The notes beneath the pieces are model-generated. The model was not told the DNA's origin and did no database searches. It worked only from the letters and a program-made list of their open reading frames with translations. A program made the position numbers and the translations under genes. From Takakia lepidozioides (taxonomy: Eukaryota > Plantae > Bryophyta): DNA of 64,000 bases. Each line of letters begins with the position of its first letter. Position 1 is the first letter of the stretch. This document shows positions 1-12,145 of the stretch, one piece after another. The DNA lies in NCBI GenBank assembly GCA_030704615.1, contig CM060732.1:22010001-22074000 (forward strand), written 5' to 3'.

Positions 1-54
1 CCAGAGCGGCAGGGCTTCGCCAAGAGGAGAGAGAATGAGGGAGAATGCATTGGA

Positions 55-750
55 TTTTATAGTTGTGGATTCGGATTGTGAGGACATGTGTGGAGAATCA
101 TACATCCGGACGCGCGGATGGACATAATCATTAGATGAGCAATCGGATTAGCATGCGAACGTGCTGCTCATCCAATGATTAGCCCTAAATGATAGGCACA
201 GGGGGTCTCCCGTACTCGTATACTAGCGCGCTGCTCATCCAATGATTACCCCTACGTGCTAGGCACGGGGGGCCTCCTGTACTCCAGAAAGCCGAGGCGT
301 GCCCTGACATCTCACCGCCGTCTAGCGTGGCGAATTGATGGGCCCGCCCTGGCGAGCTTTGCGCCCTCTCGCACCCATCATAAATCTTGCGCGAAAGATC
401 TCGCGCGTTTTCGTGATCGGGCACGTGCCCGGAGACATCTGGCATGTGGCGCAGGTGGGGTAGGATCAGTAACGTGGCACGGACGGGCGGATCAGGGCGG
501 AGGGAGATCGGATCTGACGGGCGGATCAAACCTAGCTGGCTGGACGGACGCCCACGGACTATCATCAACTGCCACGAGCCACCTCGAACTTTTATTGATG
601 CGGGGTGTGGCGACATCTGATCATCATGGCCAAGGGGCCATGCATGCATGGAATGGGTATCGCATGGGCTGGCGGACAAGGTATAAAAGGGCCCCATTTC
701 TCTTGTTGCGCCTCACTTCATTCCGAACTCCACGGTGAAGCCCTGCTGAA
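55..750. promoter_or_regulatory. Divergent promoter pair
   Basis: TATAAAA on minus (55-61) and plus (682-688), each followed by a pyrimidine-rich stretch and GG(C/T)GAAGCCCTGC. A duplicated ~60-bp CCAAT-containing unit lies between (155-217, 226-284). Confidence 0.5.
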
Positions 751-993
751 AATTCCCCAGAGCTGAGAGCGGAGAGCGGAGACCGAGGGCTGAGTGGTGA
801 GGGAGGCTGAGTGGTCAGGGCTGAGTGATCAGGGCTGATTGCAGAGGAGGGCAGAGCGCCGAAGTCTGATTTATGTAGGGCTGATTGCAGAGGGCAGAGA
901 AGGCTGAGAGCAGAGGCTAAGGGCTGATTGTAAGGAGGCTTGGAGGGCTAAGGAGCTCTGAGGAGGAGGCGTAATCACAGAGCGACTGTCCAA

Positions 994-2152
994 ATGGCTT
1001 CAAGCTCAAGGTAATTTCGTAACCCTCATGCTCATTTTTTGTCACAATCTGCATCTTCAATTCGTGTAGGAAAACGCTCTCACGCTTCTGCAATCGCGTA
1101 AAAACAATTGAAGGGTAGAGAGGTCATGAATTATATTATCTATTTGGTGATTTTTTTTAATTATTTATTTGTATAAAGGGCAAGAAAGTGAAGAAGCACG
1201 GGAGGCCTCCCGTGCTACTCATCGACGAAACTTGTCGGACATATAAGATGTGAGGATGTCTGCTAGCTCATCATCTAAAACATTTTGCATCTTTTGAGTT
1301 CGGGGATTCTGTTTTGCATCACGAGATCTTTTCCAAATCAAGAGAGTTTGTATTTTTCCAGATGAAGGGTAGTAGAAAGGTGAAGAAGCACGGGAGGCCT
1401 CCCGTGCTCTTCACCAAGAACAAGTTTGGGAAAATCTTCAGTTGCTCGATCCTAGTCTAGGTGAAAATGGTGTCTTTCTAAAATGGGGGAAGTGGCTGGA
1501 ACGTGAGACTTTTTCCGGATTAGACTGATCGAGGTTAAACTTTCTACTCATGCTCAGTCTAGGATCCTCCGATGAGAACGGGGATGTGGTTAACTCCACA
1601 ATTTTCTTTTCTCTCGGCACCACTCCAGGCACCCCAGAAGTGTCAGAAGAGTCTCTAGGATACGCACCAGAGTCGCCATACAAATCGATCTCACCACGAT
1701 ACGTACCCGGGTCACCGGCTTGTGTAGAATCCACTCCTTTCTCTCGTGGGTGCATACCGGAGTCCCCATAATATTGTTGGGGCTATCCTGCGCATGGATC
1801 ACCTAAATACACACCAGGATCCCCTTCGTACTCACCACAATCCCCTACATACGTTCCTGGATCACCTAGCTACTCACCCCAATACCACAATTATGTCCCC
1901 GGATCACCTGGGTACTCGTCGGCCTCCCCAAGATACATCCCCAGTTCCCCGGTGTATACACCTGGTGAGAATGATGATCAGGATGACATATCGCAAATTT
2001 TCCAAGACTGGGTATCCGACACTGACACCTGGAGTCCAGTATACTCTCCAGAGACCTCTAGAAGACATCCAGTGCAGGAGATGATGAGATCCCAGACCAG
2101 CAGTGCGTATCAGAATTGGCTCGATAGCCCTCTTCTCCCTGGTGTTCTATAG
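994..2152 (+). pseudogene. Two-exon gene encoding Pol II CTD-like YxPxSPx heptad repeats; one in-frame TAA at 1769
   Basis: Exon 1 994-1010 (ATGGCTTCAAGCTCAAG|gt) joins in phase to the acceptor at 1557/1558. ORFs 1550-1771 and 1952-2152 share a frame. 1808-1975 reads YTPGSPS YSPQSPT YVPGSPS YSPQYHN YVPGSPG YSSASPR YIPSSPV YTPGEND. Confidence 0.65.
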
Positions 2153-2199
2153 GTGATTTCATAGGAGTGAAATCGCGCAAAGACTAGTTGGGGACTGGC

Positions 2200-4380
2200 A
2201 ATGTACCATCTGATACGTCCCAGTGTAATACAAGATCAATCAAAAATTGTTCGATTGTCCAATGAGGCGTTCACTTGTCATCTGGTTTTTGTTCAATGCA
2301 AAAAAGAAATCCTGCAATGCGTGCACGGCTATTGCACCCATTGAACGGATGTGGTTGAAGCCCCTCTTTTGCCCGCATGTGCTTGAACATGTGTGAAGAC
2401 ACAACAGACGAATAAATCATTTGCCTCCCCATCGACGCGCTCCCCCCTCAAGCCATTCCACAATTTAATTGAATTTAAAATTATTCTAAACCAATAAATA
2501 TGTTTGCACTGCCTTTCAATGGGGGTTTCTGGCATGTATCGATTTTGTTTTGGGCTCAATTTTGTTCTGCGGCTTCCAGCATCCCACGGCTACTCCCCCG
2601 CCAAAATTTGGACCAATCAAAAATGCCCCCAAAAAAAATTGTTCTCTTCGCTCACTATTGCAGAACTCTCTATGAAGAGTGCATGAAGTAGAACACAATC
2701 AAGTTTGGAGTGCAGAACAGGGAAGAAACTGTGGTTTTGGGTCCAAATGAATTTTGATCGCTCCCAAATTTGGCACGCACGTTGCATATGGCTGCATTAC
2801 ACGCCCCATTAAAAAATGGAATGGAAAAAAAATCGTGAGCACGTGAAACACAGTCCAACAGGTCCCAAAGCAATAACAGCTCCAACATAATACATTTAAC
2901 GGGTGAACGGATGGTTGCCCATCCAAATCATTTTCGTTAGCTTCCAAACTTTGCCAACACGTTCCAGACACTCTCTCACAGGTCCCGGACTAATATCAGA
3001 TCAATCAAAATTCATTTGATGGCTCAACGGATGGTTGGCCATCGAAATGATTTTGGTTCGCTTTGAGACTTGGCCACTATGTTCAATGTGCCATGTAAGA
3101 GGCCCCAGAGTAATATGAGATCAATCGAAATTCGTTGAATGGGCCAAGGGATGGTTGCCCATCCAAATGATTTTCGTTCGCTTTGAGACTTGGCCACTAT
3201 GTTCAATGTGCCATGTAAGAGGCCCCAGAGTAATATGAGATCAATCGAAATTCGTTGAATGGGCCAAGGGATGGTTGCCCATCCAAATGATTTTCGTTCG
3301 CTTTGAAATTTGGCTAGTGTGTTCAATGTACCATCTGATACGTCCCAGTGTAATATGAGATCAATCAAAAATCGTTCGATTGTCCAATGAGGCGTTCACT
3401 TGTCATCTAGTTTTTGTTCAATGCGAAAAAGAAATCCTGCAATGCGTGCACGGCTATTGCACCCATTGAACGGATGTGGTTGAAGCCCCTCTTTTGTCCG
3501 CATGTGCTTGAACATGTGCGGAGACGCAACAGACGAATAAATCATTTGTCTCCCCATCGACGCGTTCCCCCCTCAAGCCATTCCACAATTTAATTGAATT
3601 TAAATTTATTTTAAGCCAATAAATAGGTTTGCACTGCCTTTCAGTGGGGGTTTCTGGCACGTATCGATTTTGTTTTGGGCTCAATTTTGTTCTGCGGCTT
3701 CCAGCATCCCACGGCTACTCCCCCGCCAAAATTTGGACCAATCAAAAATGCCCCAAAAAAAAATTGTTCTCTTTCGCTCATTATTGCAGAACTTTCTATG
3801 AAGAGTGCATGAAGTAGAACACAAATCAAGTTTGGAGTGCAGAACAGGGAAGAAACTGTGGTTTTGGGTCCAAATGAATTTTGATCGCTCCCAAATTTGG
3901 CACGCACGTTGCATATGGCTACATTACACGCCCCATTAAAAAACGGAATGAAAAAAAATCGTGAGCACGCGAAACACAGTCCAACAAGTCCCAAAGCAAT
4001 AGCAGCTCCAACATAATACATTCAACGGGTGAACGGATGGTTGCCCATCCAAATTATTTTTGTTAGCTTCCAAACTTTGCCAACACGTTCCAGACACCCT
4101 CTCACAAGTCCCGGACTAATATCAGATCAATCAAAATTCATTCGATGGCTCAACGGATGGTTGGCCATCGAAATGATTTTGGTTCGCTTTGAGACTTGGC
4201 CACTATATTCAATGTGCCATATAAGAGGCCCCAGAGTAATACGAGATCAATCGAAATTCGTTGAATGGGGCAAGGGATGGTTGCCCATCCAAATGATTTT
4301 TGTTCGCTTTGAAACTTGGCCAGTGTGTTCAATGTACCCCCTGATACGTCCCAATGTAATATAAGATCAATCGAAATTAT
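2200..4380. repeat. ~1.1-kb tandem duplication with internal 120-bp tandem units
   Basis: 2200-3325 recurs at 3325-4375. Near-identical 120-bp units (TCAATCGAAATTCGTTGAATGGGCC...) occur at 3001-3360 and 4127-4375. Confidence 0.9.
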
Positions 4381-4827
4381 TTTGTGCTTTGAGAATTTTG
4401 TGGGTATGTTTGTAGAAAGATCATAGATTTTGCGAAATGATTATGAAATACGCAGGGACCAGACGAAATTTGTTTGGAAGAGGACCGTTCGTAACTCGTT
4501 ATAACTTATTTGTTAACATCAATTTTCCTTGTTCTCCAGCTTTCGGAGTTCATTGCAAATACCCATATACTCGTCATGACCAAATATGACACCATTGTAA
4601 ATTTGTTTACAGGTGAACTACTTCTTCCCCATCAACTGAGTGTAAAATGTGAAGAAAGAAAACGCGTTTCATGCAATTGAAATTGGCAGGTGCCGCACAT
4701 GGCATTGTGTATTAACAAAATTGGTTGAATAAAAACTTGCGGATGCCATCACGGTGTTTTCCAACAATATTCAAGTTACAACAAAAATGTATATTGTATA
4801 TGTACTACGCTGTCAGTCACTAAAAGC

Positions 4828-6512
4828 CTAGTCGTCACTGTCCGAGGATATGGAATTTGATGTTGTGGCTTGATTTACACTGCCAATTGCCAGAGCTTGC
4901 GACTGTGATCTCGTGGTCAATGAGGGGCCCAATGACATGTGATCAATTCTGGCCTGCATCCGCCTACTTCGCGGCGAAAATTGACTTTCTTCTTCACTCT
5001 CACGACGTGGCGGAGGTGGATCGAGAACAAATTTCGGGCTGCATGCAAATCGGCAACGAGGCCGTCCACATCCGGCAATACAGCCCCCGAAAACACCGAT
5101 GTACAGTCGTCCATAATGCGTACATTTTCCTACAACTGCCTATGAATGGTACTTTTGAACTTCCAACGGCCTTTCGGGAGGGCCCTGTCCCTAATCATTG
5201 TGTCGTTCGGTGATAAGCCGCCTCGTACGCATCATCATTTCGGCGTTGACATATTATAACATCTCCAGTTCGGACAAGAATAAATGTCTCCCAATCAGTT
5301 GTTGGTCATACAATTCGTTCTCCTCCGGTATCCATGGAACCTATGGAAGCTGGATAAACTGGACCTTCTTTGACTCCAATGCCCTTTCCAGATTGAGCAA
5401 AACTGCTCTCTCTCCACCAATCTCGAATGCCTCCCCGCACGTATGGTGATCTCCCAATCAGATGTGACCTAGAAATACTAGGGAGCTTTGATGTATGCCG
5501 GGTTTCCAGCAGGTATGCAGGGGTTCCAGCATGTATGCCATGCATCTCTCTGTCTGCATCCCATACCAAGTTCTTGCCCCAATGCACACAATTTAGAAAT
5601 GTGTATGGTAGCCCATCCAATGGGAGGTTGTGCGATGTATTCAAACCTATGGGCATCCGATCCTCCAAGCCCACAGCTCATAGAAACGGCGATGGATTGG
5701 TGACGACATTCTGGGCAAGCGCTCGTCGCAAGGCTTGCGGGATAAGACATGTGAGATGAAACATAGGTCCAACATGATCAAAGCACATGACATCCCTTTG
5801 GGCCGTATGGATTCCTACACATCGAACAAACTGTGCCATCTGATATCCATGACGGCAAAACGCCTCGTGGGATCTCCTCCCTCTGGGCCGGTTTGATGGC
5901 TGGTCATCCTTGTTGTGGTGTCTTACTCTTCCTCTATCTCTAATTCCCAGTTTATGCTTCTGTTCGATCCCGAAATTTTGTGCTCACATCGATCAAACAT
6001 AGAATCCACATCTGCCCAATTGGTATACCCGGCGAACACGCTTGATGCGATGCGAAGATCGTTATATATTTGCATGTTCGCATAAATGCTATCCACGCTA
6101 CGGTTTGACATACGTGCGACACGTTGCAAGCCTGACAGTGCCCGCTCTACCCGTGTTTCTCTGGAGGCCAAATAGGTCGCCCATTGTACCCAATTCTCCC
6201 AATTGCCATTCAATGGGACCATGCCTGAATCTCCAGCGTTTTGGACAAGCGCCATGCAGTTGCCATGACAATGTCCCGCTCCTTTGTAACGTGGTCGACA
6301 TCTAATATCGGGTTCATCTCCGATTGAATGGCGACCCTTGAGCATTCCCCGGTTTCCAGTACTGGTTCTTTTCCTTTCCTCATTCTCTCATCCGCAATTC
6401 GCTGTTCCTCAACCATGGTTTCATCGGCCATAGGGTCAAGGACGTCCGTAACTTCGTGAATGATGAGGTCAATACTGCGATCGGGCATCGCAAACTCCGC
6501 GTCCATGTCCAC
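4828..6512 (-). pseudogene. Decayed RING-H2 zinc-finger protein gene (transposon cargo)
   Basis: Across small frameshifts 5828-5706 reads CSMCRNPYGPKG..SCG(P)MFHLTCLIPQALRR..CPECR. The downstream frame runs to a stop at 4828 with several TAG/TAA interruptions. Confidence 0.55.
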
Positions 6513-6548
6513 GACGTTTGTTCGATCCTCATTGTGGACAACAGTGCC

Positions 6549-7175
6549 TTAATTGTTTGGAGGCATGTCTTGCAATCTAGCTTCCAACTCGGCTATGCGC
6601 AGTGTTTGCCAGTCTAGTCGGTCGTGTAGGGTCCTGATTCGCTGGTCTCTTTCCGCTAGTTGTTCCTCTAACGTTGCAGCCGGTTGTATTTCGAATGTGT
6701 CCGGGATGTACTCCAAATCGTATAGCAACCTTGCGTTCCTCCTACTAGCAGTTTGCCAATTCACTGGACGCAAGAGTATGACCTCCACGTACAACATGGC
6801 TGCCAAGGTGTACGGGATTTGACCCTTTAAGAGAGGTTGACCCCACAATGTGCAATGCACCTCATTCGCCCTATGCTGGAAATGCAAGTTCGTGCAAGAC
6901 CTGGACTCTGCGTAATTGTTTCGGGTTTGCACGTCATGCCTATCCAAAGGCCACAATCGATTGATGTGGTACCATTTCACGAATTTTTTGCATCTCGCCA
7001 TCGACCACCGGAACTCTTCCGGAACATCCTCCCAGCCCTCTTCTGCTAGTATGCTAGGATCACCAAATACTTCCCAATTCAAGTCTTGCCTTGACACTTT
7101 AATTTTCTTAGGGGGCGCTCCATGTTCATTGGGGTCATCACTTCCATGACGGTCATCGTCCCGGCCCTCTGCCAT
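6549..7175 (-). CDS. Orphan 208-aa transposon-associated protein with NLS-like PPKKIKV and C-terminal coiled coil
   Basis: Uninterrupted ATG-initiated ORF downstream of a minus-strand TATA (about 7490-7497) and repeat array. Confidence 0.55.
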   Translation of the reverse strand: MAEGRDDDRHGSDDPNEHGAPPKKIKVSRQDLNWEVFGDPSILAEEGWEDVPEEFRWSMARCKKFVKWYHINRLWPLDRHDVQTRNNYAESRSCTNLHFQHRANEVHCTLWGQPLLKGQIPYTLAAMLYVEVILLRPVNWQTASRRNARLLYDLEYIPDTFEIQPAATLEEQLAERDQRIRTLHDRLDWQTLRIAELEARLQDMPPNN

Positions 7176-7544
7176 TCTACAACAATCGGAGAACCAATAA
7201 ACGAGGTTTTCTAAAAAGACATAACTCTAAACCCTTCCCCGTTAAGTAGGTTTGAGTAGGTGTCAAAATAGTTCCTAAAAGCTAATTTTGTAGAATAAAA
7301 TGATCCTGGAAGCCAGATGAGGGCCTATGGGAGCATTTTGCAAGGACCTCACAGAAATCGCGGCAAAAAATACCCCCCACCCAACCAATGGCCTCCTTCT
7401 CCACGTGACTACGTGTCGTGGAATAATGAAATGTCACACACACAAAAGTTGTGAGGAGAGGAAGTGAGGGGAGAATAAGCCTCCCTAGGCTTATATCCCC
7501 CCGCCCTCATTTCTCGGGCCACGTGCGGGACGAATCTTCTAGAA

Positions 7545-8950
7545 GCGACCGCGAACTTGGCGGTCGCTCAATTTTCCGGAAAATAAAAAAAATAAGCGAC
7601 CGCCAGAACTGGCGGTCGCTCCATTTCCCGAAAAAAAAAAAAAAACGACCACCAGAACAGGCGGTCGCTCCATTTTCCGGAAATTAAAATAAATAAGCGA
7701 CCGCAACATAGGCAGTCGCTTCATTTTAAAAAAAATTAAGAAAATAAGCGACCGCCAACATAGGCGGTCGCTTCATTTAAAAAAAACTTTAAAATAAATA
7801 AGCAACCGCCAGCATAGGCGGTCACTTCATTTTCAAAACATTTAAAATAAATAAGCGACCGCCAATATAGGCGGTCGCTTCATTTTCAAAAACTTTAAAA
7901 AATATAAGCGACCGCCAACATAGGCGGTCGCTTCATTTAAATTTATAAAAAAAAAAAAAAACGACCGCCAGCATAGGCGGTCGCTTCATTTAAAAAAAAA
8001 TTAAAAAAATAAGCGACCACCAATATAGGCGGTCGCTTCATTTTCAAAAGCTTAAAAAAAAATAAGCGACTGCCAACATAGGCGGTCGTTTTATTTTCAA
8101 AATAATTAAAATAAAAGCGACCGCCAGTAATGGCGGTCGCCCCATTTCCAAAAAATAAAAAATAAAAGCGACTGCCAGTAAAGGCGGTCGCTGCATCTTT
8201 AAAAAATAACCATTACAGCGACCGCCAGAAATGGCCGTCGCGGCATTTTGTAAAAACAAAAACTGTCAGTAATGGAAGTGAGGGAAGAATGACTGGGGGC
8301 TTATATGCCCTCCCTCGTCTCATTCCTCGCTCCACGTGTAGGGCAGACCTCGTAGAAGCGACCGCCACCATGGCGGTCGCTCCATTTAAAAACAAAAAAA
8401 AACGACCGCCACAAATGGCGGTCGCTCCATTTCGCCAAAAAAAAAGAAAAAAAACGACCGCCAGTATTGGCGGTCGCTGCATTTATAAAAACAAAAAAAA
8501 ACTTCAAGCGAAGTGAGGGGAGAATGTCCCGGAGCTTATATGCCTCCTCCCCCCCCCGCCTCACTCCTCGCTCCTCGTTCCATGCGCAGGGCACACTTCG
8601 TAGAAGCGACCGCCACCTTGGCGGTCGCTCCATTTTCATTTTCAAAACAATTAAAATATAAGCGACCGCCATAAATGGCTGTCGCTCCATTTCCAACCAA
8701 ATTTCAATAAAAACGACCGCCACTAATGGCGGTCGCTGCAATTACAAAAAACAACAATAACGGCGACCGCCCCTAATGGCGGTCGCTCCATTTTGATCCA
8801 AAAAAACAAAAAAGCGACCGCCAGTAACGGCAGTTGCTTCATTTCCAAAATAATGACTGGGAGCAAATATGCCCCCCCCCCCCGCCCCAAATTCCTCGCT
8901 CCACGCGGAGGGCAGACCTTGTAGAAGCGACCGCCACCTTGGCGGTCGCT
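7545..8950. repeat. Array of GCGACCGCC-N5-GGCGGTCGC palindromes with A/T spacers and four promoter-like modules
   Basis: Many imperfect palindromes at ~40-bp period. TATA-like (GCTTATAT) plus CCACGTG-like modules at about 7490, 8300, 8535 and 8865. Confidence 0.9.
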
Positions 8951-9220
8951 CCATTTAAATAAAAATGAATGCACAGTTGGAAGCATGGCACAATTGTTCT
9001 CACCACAAGCAAATCACCAAACACAAACATGAGCAAGTGACGGTGCCTTTGGCCGACATTTTGGGTGGTATACACATGGGCAACATCTTTTATTTTCCAA
9101 CACATATACAACAACAATATAAATATTCATAGTGACAATGATCACATTGGTATTACTTCAGTACATAAATATAAACATGTCCACTAAAAAGTGCTGATGC
9201 ATGCCTACAGCCGTTTTGCT

Positions 9221-12145
9221 TCAATTCCTTCTATTGCTTCGACGGCGGGACGAAGAAGATCCTAATCCTAATGCTCCGATGGGTTGAAAATCCGGGCCAC
9301 CCTCGACTTCACCACCGTTGCCATGATCAGTGTTGGAATCGTCCTCCCTATCCGACCTCATATGTCCAGGCCTTTGAATCTGCAAGCGACCTCGAACCAC
9401 ATTTAGTTCTCTCTGAGGTCGACTCCCGCTCCGGTCTTGAATACCATCCACGGTATCTGGCCTGTTTGTGGGCCGATCGCCTACTAAAAGTTCGACTGTT
9501 CTCTGTCGTTTATGGACTTGGGATGCAACGCAACCCTGTTCATACAAACGATGGTGTCGAACCCATTGTACAGTCGATGGGACGGGATCATGCCTCACCG
9601 ATACGACCAGCTCCACCACAATGCCAAAACCGATCCAGCTCCCCATCAACACAGCGGGCATTAAGGAGTAACAAGGTTGATCTGTTTTCCACACACATGC
9701 ATCATTCTGCTACATTGGACCGGGCGGAAGTTGAAGCCTCGGATGATGACAACCTGCCACTACAATTCCACCTTAACCGACGTGTTGCGCAGCAGACCTG
9801 TGGTTCCTCACATGCCGGACCATCTAATGCCGGTCCATCTCGGGCAGTCCCCCCTTTGGTACCTCCTTCGAGACCACGTACGTCGATCGGTCCTGGCAGT
9901 ACATCACCCCTAAGCTCCATTGGGGCACTACCTGTGGCTTCAGCGTGTAGTGGGGGGCGAGGGTCGACCCCAACTTCATTTTGAGGACCATGTTCTGGTG
10001 ATGACACAATTGCAGCTTCATCTTCATCTGTGATACGCACTTCTTCAAGAAGGTCATCAAAGGTCGGCCGGATATAAGCATCATCATCTGTGAATGTAAA
10101 CGGGTCATACGCATTTTCGGGAGCATCATCGGATCCATCTTCACTATCAGAGGCAGATGATTCCCTTTGAGATGATTCTCTCTGAGGCTCAGTATCGTCA
10201 CTCATCGAATCAGCCTCAGAAGCAGAGTCTTCGGAATGCAAATTCCTCTCATACCATGCTGCAGCATCATCCGCTGCCCTCTCACGTAGTAGTCGACAAT
10301 TAGTATATACATACACCAATTTGTCAGCCCTCGCGAGATTCAACCTGTTGCGAATCTTATTGTGAACAAATGAGTAACTGCTCCAATTGCGTTCGCAAGA
10401 TGAGGCAGAGCACATTTGAGCAAGAATACGCTTCGCAATGGGAGCCAATGTTCTTGCTCCGGCTCCAATCAGATCCCACCATTCATGTGACAGCATATTG
10501 AGTTCTTTTGGATCCGACATGTCCTCAAAAGGGTCGTGGCGATTTGAGAATCATTGGTACTCGGATATACCTCTCTCTGCATGGTTCGGCGGAGCCAGTC
10601 GCATGAGCACTCGCATGAGGCCGGCCTTGGCATCAGCGTCGTCTCGGAGCATGGTATTGTCGAGCAAGAATGGATTGAGCAAAGCCCCCGTATAATGCAA
10701 GTCCGTTCGAACCATCGAACGACGGTCGTAAAATGCATCCTCAGCACTGTCCGCAAGTTCAGGTTCCAAGGAGAAGGGAGGATGCCTCAAGGATTGGATG
10801 TGCTTCTCAAGATTTTGCATTAGTAACCATGGCTTGCCCATTACTGGTTGCTTTCCATCAAACTCCCGCAAGACGATTAACACCGGCTTAACCATATAAA
10901 CAAAGTTTTCACATTTCTTCCAGAAATTATCGCTGCGAATGCTATTTCGAACTTTTTGACTTTTGACCAATGACTTGGCTTTTTTGGAGTCCCGCAATGT
11001 CTGTGTGTATGCATCCCATTGAGGATCGATGATGGTGTGCTCCAGATTGCTCTTCACCGTCACCAACCGATCCACTATCAAGAAGTTAGTGGTAAAACGA
11101 GTTTCGCCTGGATTGCGGAGGCTGTATTTGGGTTCATACCTTCTATATATTGCCAAAGGGATGTGGTGTGTGCGGATGAACGACACAATAGTCTTCGCTC
11201 GCTTGACAAGTTGTTTCACCCACTGTTCTTTTCCCCAATCTTCCAAAAAGAGGTCAAAGATATGAGCAACACAACCTTGATAGTACATATGGGGATAACG
11301 TGCCAACAACATGTCTGCAGTGTTTCTCATGTTAGCGACATTGTCTGTGCATATTTGCATGATTCTATCACTTCCGACCTGTTCAATGAAGTCCGTCAAT
11401 AATGACATTGATAACGTCCATCTTTCTTCTCGCAGCTAGTGTTGACCGATCCCAAGAATTGTTCCCCAGCTGGACATACAAGCATGACATTGAACAACGG
11501 TCTGTTTATGACAAAACTCCAACCATCGGCACATATAGTGCTTCCATATTTTCTGATGCACTCGCCCGTCCTATCACTGACTTTTTGGGTAAGCTCGGTC
11601 ATGACGTCTTCTAGCAATTCTGTGCGGAGATTGTGATAAGTCGGAGGCACGTACGTGGATCTGGACTCCGAGGTTGCTCTAACGGCAGAAACAAATGCCG
11701 GAAGCCTTGCCACATTAAATGGTATGTTGGCCTCGAAGAAAAACTGCGTCTATTTTTTATCCAACTATCTTTTCGCAGACAAGTTAAGACTTTCTTGCAT
11801 GGATTGCTGCCGTAATCCTCTACTCTGTTGAAATGTAGGGGTACAAAGAGGTGTTGAAGCAAGTGTTGCTCCGGTACAACCCACTTGTCCAAGGACACCC
11901 GAAGCCTCACAAGAGTCGCCCTGGGTACTAATCGGGGCATCCTGACGGGAAGATAAAGTGTTCTGCTCAGAGGTCATGTCTAGATGCGCTCTTCACACTT
12001 TTATAGCCGAGGTGAGCGAGCAACCGATCCTTACGATAAGAAAGCTTTAATCCACATAGGTTGCACTCAACACTACCAGTGACACTGACAGTGTTCGGGA
12101 TTGCCGTATACCAAGGGTTCCATTCCTCCCTCATCTTCACCCAAT
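9221..12145 (-). pseudogene. hAT (Tag1-like) transposase: BED finger, DUF659, dimerisation domain; frameshifted
   Basis: BED-like W..VECNLCGLKLSYRKDRLLAHLG (about 12000-12125), catalytic-type motifs ICADGWS, ICTDN, CVAH and SASSCERNWS. Split over ORFs 11396-11713, 10551-11408 and 9702-10520. Confidence 0.88.

Noticed and set aside
1550-2152. True NRPB1 (RPB1) gene end
   Set aside because: No polymerase domains upstream, it has its own promoter and first exon, and it has only about 8-10 non-consensus heptads.
185-4364. Many short ORF-track calls in the promoter and tandem repeats
   Set aside because: They overlap on both strands within repeats and show no recognisable domains.
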